Below, piece by piece: positions 10,067-21,527 of a stretch of DNA of 64,000 bases. The notes below the pieces were generated by a model, which was not told where the DNA came from, did no database searches, and worked only from the letters and a program-made list of their open reading frames with translations. Within the stretch, counting starts at the first letter, position 1; each line of letters starts with the position of its first letter. Source of the DNA: Vulcanimicrobiota bacterium (GTDB taxonomy: Bacteria > Vulcanimicrobiota > Vulcanimicrobiia > Vulcanimicrobiales > Vulcanimicrobiaceae); assembly GCA_963733295.1 (NCBI GenBank), contig CAVTCS010000003.1, positions 2,368,001 through 2,432,000 on the forward strand, given 5' to 3'. Position numbers and translations under genes: made by a program.

Positions 10067-11224
10067 ATGACCGACCTTCGCGGACTCCGGCTAGCTTTGC
10101 TCGGGTCCATCGCTTTTCCGACGCCGCCGCCGGGATACGGGCCTTGGGAACAGATGGCGAGCAATCTCGCCGAGGGGATGCACGCGCGCGGTCTCGACGT
10201 GACGCTCTTTGCGACTGGAAACTCGCACACGCGAGCCCGTCTCGCGTCGGTAGTCCCGCTCGGATTGAACGAGGATCGGGCGCAGAACGGCGAGGTCGCA
10301 ACCGCTCTGCACATCGCCAACCTGTTCGCGCGTGCCGGCGAGTTCGATTTGATCCATAACAACTTCGACTGGAAACCGCTCACCTACGCGCTCGCCACCC
10401 GGAAACCCCCGCTCCTGACGACGATTCACGGTTTCTCGAGTCCGCCGATTCTCGGCGCATACTACGCAGCGGCGGGACGCAGCTTCTACTGCTCGATCAG
10501 CGATGCCGACCGCGATCCGGGCCTGGACTATCTCGCGACGACGTACAACGGAATCGATCCGGGTGAATTCACCTTCGTCGACCGTCCCGGCGAATATCTG
10601 GTGTTTCTCGGTCGCTTCCATCCGGAGAAGGGCACGCATCTCGCGATCGAGATCGCAAAACGCGCAGGCGTCCGCTTGAAGATCGCGGCGATTCCCCAGG
10701 ACGTCGAGTATTTCCGGACCGAGGTCGAGCCGCACATCGACGGCGACCGGGTCCAGTTTCTCGGCCAAGTCGAACGCGCTGCGCGCAACGAGTTGCTCGG
10801 CGGCGCGCTCGCGCTCGTGCACATGGTGACGCGTCCCGAACGCTTCGGTCTGACCCTCGTCGAGGCAATGGCGTGCGGCACGCCGGTCCTCGGCGCGAAC
10901 CTCGGATCGGTTCCCGAGATCGTCGTCGACGGCGTGACCGGGTTCGTTTGCGACTCGGTGGACGATGCCGTGCGCCGGGTGCCGCAACTCGCGACGCTCT
11001 CGCGTCGCGCTTGCCGCGCGCGCGTCGAGTCGACGTTCTCGCTCGAGCGCATGATCGAGCGTTATCTCGACGCGTATCGCGAAGCGCTGCGCCTCGGAAC
11101 GCCGTCCGCCCCGAGCCCCGAACGTCTTGTCGCGCGCGCGCACGATTGGTGGGACCGTCCGATGGCTTTCACTGAAATCCCGCCGAAGCCGCGCGGACCG
11201 CTCGGGCTTCCTTTCGAGCGATAG
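10067..11224 (+). CDS. Glycosyltransferase family 4
   Basis: Motifs PPPGYGPWE, LGRFHPEKG and ERFGLTLVEAMACGTPV. Confidence 0.88.
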   Translation: MTDLRGLRLALLGSIAFPTPPPGYGPWEQMASNLAEGMHARGLDVTLFATGNSHTRARLASVVPLGLNEDRAQNGEVATALHIANLFARAGEFDLIHNNFDWKPLTYALATRKPPLLTTIHGFSSPPILGAYYAAAGRSFYCSISDADRDPGLDYLATTYNGIDPGEFTFVDRPGEYLVFLGRFHPEKGTHLAIEIAKRAGVRLKIAAIPQDVEYFRTEVEPHIDGDRVQFLGQVERAARNELLGGALALVHMVTRPERFGLTLVEAMACGTPVLGANLGSVPEIVVDGVTGFVCDSVDDAVRRVPQLATLSRRACRARVESTFSLERMIERYLDAYREALRLGTPSAPSPERLVARAHDWWDRPMAFTEIPPKPRGPLGLPFER

Positions 11225-11257
11225 GCTGCCGCCGGAAGCGGCGCGAAGCCTTCTTTC

Positions 11258-12343
11258 GTGTCGTCGCTCAGCCTGCGCTCGGTGTACAAGGTCTTCGGCG
11301 ATCAGACGGTCGTCAAAGACGTCAATATCGAGGTCGCCGACCGCGAGTTCCTCGTGCTGGTCGGTCCGTCCGGTTGCGGCAAAACGACGACGCTGCGGAT
11401 GATCGCCGGACTCGAGGATATCTCGAGCGGGGAAATCTATATCCGCGACCGTCTCGTCAATAACGTCGAACCGAAGGACCGCGATATCGCGATGGTCTTT
11501 CAAAACTACGCGCTCTACCCGCATATGAACGTCTACGACAACATGGCGTTCGGATTGAAGATGCGGCACGTGACGCGAACCGAAATCGACCGGCGGGTCA
11601 AGGAAGCTGCGGAGATTCTCGGCATCGGAGAGCTGCTCGAGCGAAAGCCGAAAGAGATGTCCGGAGGTCAGCGGCAACGGGTTGCACTCGGGCGCGCAAT
11701 CGTGCGCAATCCCGCCGCCTTCTTGATGGACGAGCCGCTTTCGAATTTGGACGCGCAACTGCGCGTTCAGACGCGCACCGAGATCGTGAAGCTGCACAAG
11801 CGCGTCGCGACGACGATCGTCTACGTCACGCACGATCAAGTCGAGGCGATGACGATGGGCGACCGGATCGTCGTGATGAAGGACGGCGAGATCCAGCAGA
11901 TCGACACTCCCAAGCGCCTCTACGACGCACCGAAGAATACGTTCGTCGCGGGCTTCATCGGCTCGCCCTCGATCAGCTTCCTGAACTGCCGCGCACGGCG
12001 CGACGGCGAACGGACCTTCCTCGAATCGCCCAATTTCTCGCTCGAACTGCCGCCCGGCGGCCGCGCCGCACTGAACGGAGCCGCACAAGCTTTGAGCCTC
12101 GGCGTGCGTCCTGAAGACGTGCGCATCGCGACCGGCGCGCAGAACGGTACGATCGCGACGACCGTCGACATCGTCGAGCCGCTCGGACCCGAGCAAATCC
12201 TCTATCTGCTGGCGGGCGACCAAAAGCTGACCGCGCGCGCGCCCTCGGAACTCGAAGTGCGGGCGGGACAAAAGCTCGACGTAGCGCTGAACCTCGAGCG
12301 CATTCACGTCTTCGATTCGCAGAGCGGCGCTGCGTACTGCTAG
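11258..12343 (+). CDS. Carbohydrate ABC transporter ATP-binding protein (MalK/UgpC/MsmX-like)
   Basis: Motifs GPSGCGKT, VFQNYALYPHM, SGGQRQR and DEPLSNLDA, with a C-terminal TOBE-like region. Confidence 0.93.
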   Translation: MSSLSLRSVYKVFGDQTVVKDVNIEVADREFLVLVGPSGCGKTTTLRMIAGLEDISSGEIYIRDRLVNNVEPKDRDIAMVFQNYALYPHMNVYDNMAFGLKMRHVTRTEIDRRVKEAAEILGIGELLERKPKEMSGGQRQRVALGRAIVRNPAAFLMDEPLSNLDAQLRVQTRTEIVKLHKRVATTIVYVTHDQVEAMTMGDRIVVMKDGEIQQIDTPKRLYDAPKNTFVAGFIGSPSISFLNCRARRDGERTFLESPNFSLELPPGGRAALNGAAQALSLGVRPEDVRIATGAQNGTIATTVDIVEPLGPEQILYLLAGDQKLTARAPSELEVRAGQKLDVALNLERIHVFDSQSGAAYC

Positions 12344-12367
12344 CGCACGAGGCTCGCCCCGCCGGCG

Positions 12368-13216
12368 TCAGCCCTTGACGGCGCCGGCCGTAAGACCGCT
12401 GACGAACTGGTCGACGAAAAACGAGTAGAGGAGCGCGACGGGAACCGAGCCTAGCAGCGCGCCCGCCATCAGTTCGCCCCAAAAGAAGACGTCGCCGCGC
12501 ACCAGTTCGGACGGTACGCCGATCGGAATCGTCTTCATCGCGCCGTCGCTAATAAAGACGAGCGCATAGATGTACTCGTTCCAACTCAGCGTGAACGCGA
12601 AGATCCCGGCGCTCAGGATGCCGGGAACCGCCAGCGGCAAGATAAGCCGAAACATCGCTTGCAAGCGGCTGCAGCCGTCGACGAGTCCGGACTCTTCGAG
12701 CTCCCGCGGAATGCTCTTGAAATAACCCATCAGCATCCAGGTGCAGAACGGAATGAGGAAGGTCGGGTAGACGAGGATCAGACCGAGCAGCGAGCCGAGG
12801 AGGTGAAATTTCACGACGACCGCGGTGAGGGGCAAAAACAGCAACGTCTGAGGTACGAGATAGGTCACGAAGAACGTCCAACCCAGCACGCCGGCGCCGC
12901 GATAACGCAGGCGCGCGAGCGAGTAGCCGGCGAGGATCGAACAAGCCAGCGAGATCGCCGTGCTCGCCGCCGCGACGATCGTCGAATTCACGAGCCATTG
13001 CAGAAAGTGCGTCTGCGTGAAGAGGAATCCGAAGTGCGCGAACGTGATGCCGTGCCAGGCGAACGGGTTGCCCGTCGCGTCGTAGAGATCCTTATCGGGT
13101 TTGAGTGCGGATACGAACATCCAGTAGAACGGGAAGAGCGTGAAGACGAGAGCGACGAGTACGCTTGCGACCGCCACGATTTTCCGGCCCGTTCTCAGTC
13201 GCGGTGCAGCAACCAC
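12368..13216 (-). CDS. Carbohydrate ABC transporter permease (MalG-like)
   Basis: EAA loop IPRELEESGLVDG, FTLSWNEY and GLTAGAVKG terminus. GTG start estimated at 13216. Confidence 0.88.
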   Translation of the reverse strand: MVAAPRLRTGRKIVAVASVLVALVFTLFPFYWMFVSALKPDKDLYDATGNPFAWHGITFAHFGFLFTQTHFLQWLVNSTIVAAASTAISLACSILAGYSLARLRYRGAGVLGWTFFVTYLVPQTLLFLPLTAVVVKFHLLGSLLGLILVYPTFLIPFCTWMLMGYFKSIPRELEESGLVDGCSRLQAMFRLILPLAVPGILSAGIFAFTLSWNEYIYALVFISDGAMKTIPIGVPSELVRGDVFFWGELMAGALLGSVPVALLYSFFVDQFVSGLTAGAVKG

Positions 13217-14109
13217 AGAATCACTCCAATGGAAACGCACAGTACCGGGAACATGAACAGCGAAATCGCTGCGCCGATGCCGATATCGGTGCCCTGAATG
13301 CCGACGACGTACGCGTACGTGCTGAGCACGTGCGTTTGATTGACCGGTCCGCCTTTGGTCAAGATCCAAATGACCTGGAAATCGGCAAAGGTCATGATGA
13401 TCGAGAGCAGCGTCGTGATCAAAATGACGGGGCGGATCGTCGGAACCGTGACGTGGAGCCAGCGCCGCCAAGGCCCCGCGCCGTCGACGACCGCAGCCTC
13501 GTAGAGCTCGGCCGGCACCATCTGCATCGCGGCGAGCAGCGAAACGCCGAAGAACGGAGTGCCGCGCCAGATGTTGACCGTCATCAGCGAAATCATCGGC
13601 CAAGGGTATTGGCCGAGCCATGCGGGCCCGGTCACCCCAATCCACGAAAGCATTCGATTGAAAACGCTGAAGGTCGAATCGAACATCCAGAGCCAGGCCA
13701 ACGTCGAAAGCACCGTCGGGATGATCCAAGGCAAGAGCATGGCGGCGCGCGTGAAGCGATTGAAGCGAAATTCGATGTGGAGTACCGCGGCCAGCGCCAG
13801 CCCGAGCGTCAACTTGAAGAAGACGGTCACGAAGGTGTATTCCATCGTGTTGCCCAGCGCTTGCGTGAAGATCGGGTCGCGCAGGATGTACGCGAAATTC
13901 GCGAGAGCGATGAAATGGCCGAGGTGCCCGATCGTGGAGTCCGTCAGCGCCAGCCACAGTCCGAACGCGAACGGGTAAGCCACGAAGACGATGAGGATCG
14001 CAAGCGCCGGCAGCAGCAGCGCGTAGCCGAGCGGCGCCTCGCGATTCAGCAGGCGCCCGAGCGCGAATTCGCGCGATGGTTTGAGCGAACTCTCGGCGGA
14101 AGCGGCCAA
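13195..14109 (-). CDS. Carbohydrate ABC transporter permease (MalF-like)
   Basis: Motifs LYEAAVVDGA and LTKGGP with multiple TM helices. TTG start at 14109 preceded by AAAGG. Confidence 0.88.
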   Translation of the reverse strand: MAASAESSLKPSREFALGRLLNREAPLGYALLLPALAILIVFVAYPFAFGLWLALTDSTIGHLGHFIALANFAYILRDPIFTQALGNTMEYTFVTVFFKLTLGLALAAVLHIEFRFNRFTRAAMLLPWIIPTVLSTLAWLWMFDSTFSVFNRMLSWIGVTGPAWLGQYPWPMISLMTVNIWRGTPFFGVSLLAAMQMVPAELYEAAVVDGAGPWRRWLHVTVPTIRPVILITTLLSIIMTFADFQVIWILTKGGPVNQTHVLSTYAYVVGIQGTDIGIGAAISLFMFPVLCVSIGVILWLLHRD

Positions 14110-14214
14110 TGCCGGCCTTTCGTCTGCGATAAAGCTGCGCCGTCGGCTTGCGGCGTGCGGGAGAAAGTTTCCTTCCGTTCTAAACAACGCGCATGCAGGT
14201 GGTGGCGAGAGCAT

Positions 14215-15915
<1,701 letters not shown>

Positions 15916-15927
15916 GAGGAGCGCTTC

Positions 15928-17220
15928 ATGAAACGATCGAGCTTCGTCCAAGGAGTTGCCGCCGGCACCGCGTCCGCCGGTCTCGGAGCTTCCGCCGCCG
16001 TCGCGGCTCCCAACCTGAACTCCGGCGGAACCCTAACGATGATGCAGTACCCGAACTACAACCCCAAGGGTGACGTTAAGCTCAAAGAGCTGCTCGCGCG
16101 TTGGGGCAAGGCCAATCCCGGCTGGAGCGCCGAGATCCAATTCGTTCCCGATCAAGACATGCTCGCCAAGACTTCGGCGCTCGTGCAAGCAGGTTCGGGC
16201 CCGGACATCATTCAGATGAAGTACAACCTGCCCTGGCTCTTCGCGGATTTCTGCGACGACGTGAGCGACGTCGTGGAGAAGATCGAAAAGAAAAACGGGC
16301 CGTTCTATGCGTCGATCGTCGCGAATTCACGCGTCAACGGCGTCTTCCGCACGGTGCCCTGGTATTATACGCCGGCCGCCTTCCACTACCGCACCGACCT
16401 TTGGTCGCAGGTCGGCAAGCCGCAGTTCGTCGCGACGCTCGACGAGCTCTACACGTACGGCAAGAAGGTCAAAGAAGTCACCGGGATTCCAGTCGGCGAG
16501 GCGCTCGGTCACGCCAACGGTGACGCCAACACGTTCTGGTACGGTGTGATGTGGGGTTACGGCGGACAAGAGGTCAAGAAAGACGGCAAGACGATCGCGA
16601 TCAACAGCCCGGAAACGTTGGCGGCGCTCGAGTGGGCGATCAAGATGTGGCAAGACAAGGTGTTGGACCCTAGCGTCTACTCGTGGGACGACTCCTCGAA
16701 CAACCGCGCGTATCTCGCGAAAACGATCTCGTGCACAGAGAATGCTGCCAGCATCTACCTCGTTGCGGCCGATCGCGACCCCGAACTTGCGAACAAGACC
16801 GGCACCTGCTTGCGTCCCGCCGGACCGAAAGCGCGAACGATGCTGCAAGTGAACCTCGGCATGTCCGTGATGAAATGGACCAAAGACCCAGGCGCGGCCA
16901 AGAGTCTCATCGAGTTCTTGATGGACCGGCAAAACTACATCGAGTGGCTCACCTTCAGCGGCCTCGGTGCCTATCCGGGCGCCGCGCTCGATCAACTCTC
17001 GCTCTGGCACGACCGGCCCAAGCTCAAGCCCTTCAACGATTCCGTAAAGTTCGGTCGCTGGCCGGGCTGGCCCGGCGATCCCAACAAGCAGTCGTCCGAG
17101 GCGGTCGCACGTTTCGTCGTCGTCGACATGTTCGCCAAAGCCTGCCAGACCGGCGACGCCAAGTCCGCGCTCTCGGAAGCCGAGCGTCAGCTGACGTCGA
17201 TCTATACGAAGCCAGGTTAG
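15928..17220 (+). CDS. Sugar ABC transporter substrate-binding protein with Tat-like leader
   Basis: MKRSSF leader, GPDII, YRTDL, INSPET and WDDSSNNRAY. GAGGAG SD upstream. Confidence 0.85.
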   Translation: MKRSSFVQGVAAGTASAGLGASAAVAAPNLNSGGTLTMMQYPNYNPKGDVKLKELLARWGKANPGWSAEIQFVPDQDMLAKTSALVQAGSGPDIIQMKYNLPWLFADFCDDVSDVVEKIEKKNGPFYASIVANSRVNGVFRTVPWYYTPAAFHYRTDLWSQVGKPQFVATLDELYTYGKKVKEVTGIPVGEALGHANGDANTFWYGVMWGYGGQEVKKDGKTIAINSPETLAALEWAIKMWQDKVLDPSVYSWDDSSNNRAYLAKTISCTENAASIYLVAADRDPELANKTGTCLRPAGPKARTMLQVNLGMSVMKWTKDPGAAKSLIEFLMDRQNYIEWLTFSGLGAYPGAALDQLSLWHDRPKLKPFNDSVKFGRWPGWPGDPNKQSSEAVARFVVVDMFAKACQTGDAKSALSEAERQLTSIYTKPG

Positions 17221-17295
17221 CGCGCTACGGTCGCACCCTCGATCTTTTTCACGAGTGACGCGGCCCGGGCTCTTGAGGCCGGGCGAGACTTTCTC

Positions 17296-18081
17296 GTGTC
17301 GCGGCCCGTCCACAACAATCTGCTGTTGACGCTCCTCGCGGCTCGCGAACATCAGCCGGAAACGGGACGGTATTGGATTGCCGAGGGGCAGCGACGTACG
17401 ATCGGCGTAGCCTTTCAGTCGCCGCTGACTTATCCGGTGATCCTCACGCGGATGAGTGCGCCGCTCGTTCGCGCTTTAGTCCACAAGATTTGCGAAGCCG
17501 GAATCAGCCTTTCCGGAGTGAACGCCGACGCGCAAACCGCCGCGCGATTCGCCGCCGAGTGGGCCGAACGCACCAAAGTGCCGGTCTCCGCGACGCGGGC
17601 ACTGCGCTTGTACGAAGCGCGGCGCGTGCGGGAGTCCCGAGTGACGCCCGGCCGCTTCCGGCAGGCGACGCACGCCGATGAACCCCTGCTCGCCGAGTGG
17701 ACGCAAAGCTTCATGTCGGAGGTGGGCGAACCCGCCATCGACGCTGCCGGTGTGGTTGCGAGGCACGTCGCGGCCGCGCAGCTCTGGCTGTGGGACGACG
17801 ACGGTGCGGTCGCCATGGCCGCTTGGAGGACGCCGGCGGCCGGCGTCGTTCGCGTCGGCTTGGTCTATACGCCGCCGGAGCGCCGCTCGCGCGGTTATGC
17901 CGGGGCCTGCGTCGAGGCCCTCACCAAACGCGTGCTCGCCGAGAACAACCGCTGCGTGCTCTACGCCGATCTCCAAAATCCAACCGCCAACGCGATCTAC
18001 CGCCGCATTGGATACGAAGGCGTTTGCGAAACGTTGACGTTCCGCTTTTCGGAAACGTCGTCTGCGGGGTTGCGCCGCTAG
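17296..18081 (+). CDS. GNAT family acetyltransferase (true start possibly upstream, about 17227)
   Basis: Motifs VYTPPERRSRGYA and NPTANAIYRRIGY. Confidence 0.8.
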   Translation: MSRPVHNNLLLTLLAAREHQPETGRYWIAEGQRRTIGVAFQSPLTYPVILTRMSAPLVRALVHKICEAGISLSGVNADAQTAARFAAEWAERTKVPVSATRALRLYEARRVRESRVTPGRFRQATHADEPLLAEWTQSFMSEVGEPAIDAAGVVARHVAAAQLWLWDDDGAVAMAAWRTPAAGVVRVGLVYTPPERRSRGYAGACVEALTKRVLAENNRCVLYADLQNPTANAIYRRIGYEGVCETLTFRFSETSSAGLRR

Positions 18082-18102
18082 TGGCAACGAAGTTCTGCGA
18101 AT

Positions 18103-18726
18103 ATGGCCATCCCTCGCGTCGCGCTCGGGTTCAAGCCGCACACCGGCTGGGCCGCCGTCGTGGCCGTCACCGGAAAGCCCGGCGATCTGCAGATCTTGTT
18201 GCGCCGGCGAATCGAGCTGCTGCCTGACGATGGATCGATTCCTAAGCACATCTACCACGCCGCCGAAGAGATGGGCATGCCGGCTGCAACGAAACTCGTT
18301 GCTCGCGCTGCCGCGGCGTGCGAGAAGGTCGCGCTGCGCGCGGTTCGCCGGATCGTGAGCGAACTAAACGAGCAGCCCGTCCAAGTCACGTGCGCCGGGC
18401 TTTCGACGAGCTCCGCAAAGCTCCCGGACGATCTCGCGTCCGTCTTACGCGCTCACACGCTCGTGCACTCGGCGGAAGGTACCTTCTTTTCGCGCATGCT
18501 CTCGCGAGCCTGCGCGACGCTGAATCTCGAAGTCGTAGCGACGCGCGAACGCGAACTTTGGGACGACGCCGCGGCGGCATGGGGGCTTCGTCCCGACGAC
18601 TTTCGCAAGTCGATCGACGAAATGCGCGCCGTCATCGGACCGCCGTGGAGCGCCGATCAGAAGGTTGCGAGCGGAGCCGCGCTCCGCGCGCTCAAGGGTG
18701 AACTCTCGTTACTTCGCCGCCCCTAG
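18103..18726 (+). CDS. Hypothetical protein
   Basis: Clean ORF co-oriented with the GNAT. The ALGFKPHTGWAAVVAV start and GPPWSADQK end look conserved. Confidence 0.6.
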   Translation: MAIPRVALGFKPHTGWAAVVAVTGKPGDLQILLRRRIELLPDDGSIPKHIYHAAEEMGMPAATKLVARAAAACEKVALRAVRRIVSELNEQPVQVTCAGLSTSSAKLPDDLASVLRAHTLVHSAEGTFFSRMLSRACATLNLEVVATRERELWDDAAAAWGLRPDDFRKSIDEMRAVIGPPWSADQKVASGAALRALKGELSLLRRP

Positions 18727-20742
18727 CTTGAAGATCGCGACCGCGTCGCCGAGCGGATAGTCGAGCTGGAAGTTTCCGCCCGCGGCGACCGCGACGTACT
18801 GCTGTCCGTCGACTTCGTACGTCACCGGCGGAGCGTTCACTCCCGCGCCGAGGTTGTAACTCCAGAGCTTCTGTCCGGTCGTCGCATCGAACGCGTCGAA
18901 GTTACCGTCGCCTTCGCCCATGAATGCGAGGTTGCCGGCGGTCACCAAGGCGCCGCCGATCAAGGGCTGGGCGGTCATGACGGTCCATGCGATCTTGCCC
19001 GTGTCGGTGTCGATTGCGACGAATCGGCCGTCTTGAATCGCGCCCCTCTTCACGTTGGTAAACGCGCTTCCCAAGCGCAGCTGCCCCGCTTCGTTCTTCT
19101 CGGGCTGGGTCGTGAAGTTCATCAACTGATCCATTCCGAGGACGTAGGCAAAGTGCGTCTTGGGCGACCAGGCCGCCGGCGACCATTCGGCTCCGCCGTT
19201 CGCACCGGGCAGCATCTCGACGCCCGTCTTGGTCGGAGTGCTGAACATGTTCTTCGACATCAGCACGTACGGATCGGACTTGCGAATGAGCGCTCCGGTC
19301 CGCCGGTCGACGATAAAGAACCAGCCGACCTTCCCGGCTTCGCCCGCCGCAGGAATCGTACTTCCGTTCACATTGACGTCGAAAAGCACGACCGCGCTCG
19401 TCGCGTCGTAATCCCAAACGTCGTGCTTGACCTCCTGGTAATGCCACTTCAGTTTGCCGTTCGTCACGTCGAGCGCGACGATCGAATCGGTGTAGAGATT
19501 GTCGCCGGTGCGATGGATCCCGCTGAGGTCCGGATTCGGATTGCCCGTCGAGAAAATCAGCAGTCCCAACTTCGGATCGATGGCGGGTGTCGTCCAGACC
19601 ATCCCGCCGCCGCTCTTCCACGAGTCGCCGGAAAACGTCGCGGGATCGGTCGACCACCAGCGCCAGCGTTGCTTTCCGGTGTGCGCGTCGTACGACGCGA
19701 CGAAACCGCGAATCGCCCACTCTCCGCCCGCGCTGCCGACGATGACGCTGCCGTTGTAAATCGCCGGCGTCATGGTCTCGGAGTATCCGGTCGCCGGATC
19801 CGCCACTTTCGTTTGCCACTTCAACGCACCGTTCGTGGCATCGAAGGCGACCAGGTGATCGTCAAGCGTCACGACGTAGACGTTTCCGTAAGCGACGGCG
19901 ACGCCGCGATTCACGGGTCCGCAGCAGATCTTGAACGGCGTCAGGTTGTACGTGGTCTCCCAGAGGCGCGCTCCCGTAACCGCGTTGAGCGCGAGGACTT
20001 TCATCTTACTATTGACGACGGGGGTCGAAAGGTACATTACGCCGTTCACGACGACCGGAGTAGCTTCGAAACTCGCCGTGAATCCGGTTTGCGCGATCGC
20101 CACCGGCGTTAAGGATGCGACGTTGCCGGATGTAATTTGAGCGAGCGTCGAGTAGCGATCGTTCGTATAGGACTGGCCGCCCATGAGCCAATCGTTCGCG
20201 TCGTTTGCGGCACCGGCGAGCATCTCGTCGGTGATGGCGACGTTCGCCTGGCCGGGCAACGCGCTGAAAACGTGATTGACGGGAGGCGCGGCACGCTGGC
20301 TCTCGACGTTCGAAGCGGCGCCCGTCTGCGCCATGACGCGCTTGCCGCTCAACTGCAACGAACTCGCGTTTTGCGCCGTCAGCTCGACGCTGCCCGAAGG
20401 ATAGCCGTTACGCGCGAGCACGAACCCGGTGACGTCGGCATACTGCGTCGCACTCAGGCTTCCCGGAGCGTTCGCGGGCATCTGCTTCCGCACGAAGTCG
20501 TAAAGCTTTCCGGCCGTCGTGTACGATGCGTTGATCGACGTCCGGAAGGATGCGCCGGAAAGAGCCGGGCCCGCACTGCCCTGCAACTGCGCGCCATGAC
20601 ATTGCGAACAATGCGCGGCGTAGACGCTGGCGCCGCTCGTCGCCTGCGCGCTGGTGAAACCCCCGCCGGCCGCATTGGATGCCGGCGCCGCCATCACGGC
20701 CGTGAGCGCCACGACGCAAAGAAACAAGAGCCGCATTTTCAA
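18709..20742 (-). CDS. PQQ-dependent (alcohol-type) dehydrogenase with N-terminal cytochrome c domain
   Basis: Signal peptide and CSQCH heme motif with MP axial ligand, then RYSTLAQI, CCGPVNRG, GGEW, GNPNP, HDVWDYD and PVTYEVDGQQYV. Confidence 0.88.
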   Translation of the reverse strand: MKMRLLFLCVVALTAVMAAPASNAAGGGFTSAQATSGASVYAAHCSQCHGAQLQGSAGPALSGASFRTSINASYTTAGKLYDFVRKQMPANAPGSLSATQYADVTGFVLARNGYPSGSVELTAQNASSLQLSGKRVMAQTGAASNVESQRAAPPVNHVFSALPGQANVAITDEMLAGAANDANDWLMGGQSYTNDRYSTLAQITSGNVASLTPVAIAQTGFTASFEATPVVVNGVMYLSTPVVNSKMKVLALNAVTGARLWETTYNLTPFKICCGPVNRGVAVAYGNVYVVTLDDHLVAFDATNGALKWQTKVADPATGYSETMTPAIYNGSVIVGSAGGEWAIRGFVASYDAHTGKQRWRWWSTDPATFSGDSWKSGGGMVWTTPAIDPKLGLLIFSTGNPNPDLSGIHRTGDNLYTDSIVALDVTNGKLKWHYQEVKHDVWDYDATSAVVLFDVNVNGSTIPAAGEAGKVGWFFIVDRRTGALIRKSDPYVLMSKNMFSTPTKTGVEMLPGANGGAEWSPAAWSPKTHFAYVLGMDQLMNFTTQPEKNEAGQLRLGSAFTNVKRGAIQDGRFVAIDTDTGKIAWTVMTAQPLIGGALVTAGNLAFMGEGDGNFDAFDATTGQKLWSYNLGAGVNAPPVTYEVDGQQYVAVAAGGNFQLDYPLGDAVAIFKLGAAK

Positions 20743-20807
20743 GAACCTGCCCTCCGCAACTCACTCTTGTCTCGTGGGGCAACCCAATTCCCGCCGGACA
20801 CGACTGC

Positions 20808-21527
20808 CTAGCGAGTTGAGGCTTGCTTCGTCCCTTCCGGGGGCTTCAGCTCCGGACCGCCGTGCGTCGTCAGGTCGTGCAGATCCCACTCCTCGACGAC
20901 CGTCGTTCCTTCGTAGCGCATGCGGCGGCGGGGCAGTCCGGTCGTTTTCGAAATCAGCACTTCGTCGCGCGTCACAGCCCGCTCTTGTTGCCAATCGTTG
21001 CCGTCGCACATCACGCCGTCTTTGGAGGTCACTGAAATCGACACGGTGGGGTCTCCGTCGATGATGGGACCCGGCGCTTCGACCATCGTGTCGCGGTGCG
21101 CGGAGTAGCAGTCGAGGATCGTCTGCAGTTCCGCTACGCGGATGTCGTTGCCGCGCAGCGACACGAACTTGCTGTCGCGGAGCCGCCCGTGTACGGGGAT
21201 GACGCTCATGATGCCGGGCAGCCGCACCGACTCTTCCGGGCCGCCCGTCCAAGAAACCACCGAGCCGTGGTGCGGACCGGCAATGATGACCACCTGCTCG
21301 CTGTGGTCGTCGAGGTTGACCGCCACGTGCATCGTCGCGGTACTCGTCGTGTTACCGGCGTGCTCCGTCGCGTCGACGTCGAATTCGTACGCGTGCACCG
21401 CTCGCAGCCTTTCGACCATGGAGTCGAAAGCGGTTTGAGTCGTACCGGCGGAGACCGGACTCACGAGAGCCAGCGCGAGACCTGCGCAGAGTGGTTGCCG
21501 GACCGAACGTAATCCCAGCAGCCTCAT
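20808..21527 (-). CDS. Secreted hypothetical protein, possibly LolA-like fold
   Basis: Signal peptide followed by alternating beta-strand pattern ending in ISKTTGLP. Its start abuts the purK stop. Confidence 0.5.
   Translation of the reverse strand: MRLLGLRSVRQPLCAGLALALVSPVSAGTTQTAFDSMVERLRAVHAYEFDVDATEHAGNTTSTATMHVAVNLDDHSEQVVIIAGPHHGSVVSWTGGPEESVRLPGIMSVIPVHGRLRDSKFVSLRGNDIRVAELQTILDCYSAHRDTMVEAPGPIIDGDPTVSISVTSKDGVMCDGNDWQQERAVTRDEVLISKTTGLPRRRMRYEGTTVVEEWDLHDLTTHGGPELKPPEGTKQASTR

Noticed and set aside
10091..12307. 738-aa minus-strand ORF
   Set aside because: It is the antisense shadow of the GT4 and ABC ATPase genes. Long stop-free shadows are expected in high-GC DNA, and it has no motifs.
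13165..14214. 350-aa N-terminal extension of the dehydratase ORF (916 aa)
   Set aside because: It is antisense to the permease. Dehydratase homology starts at ATG 14215.
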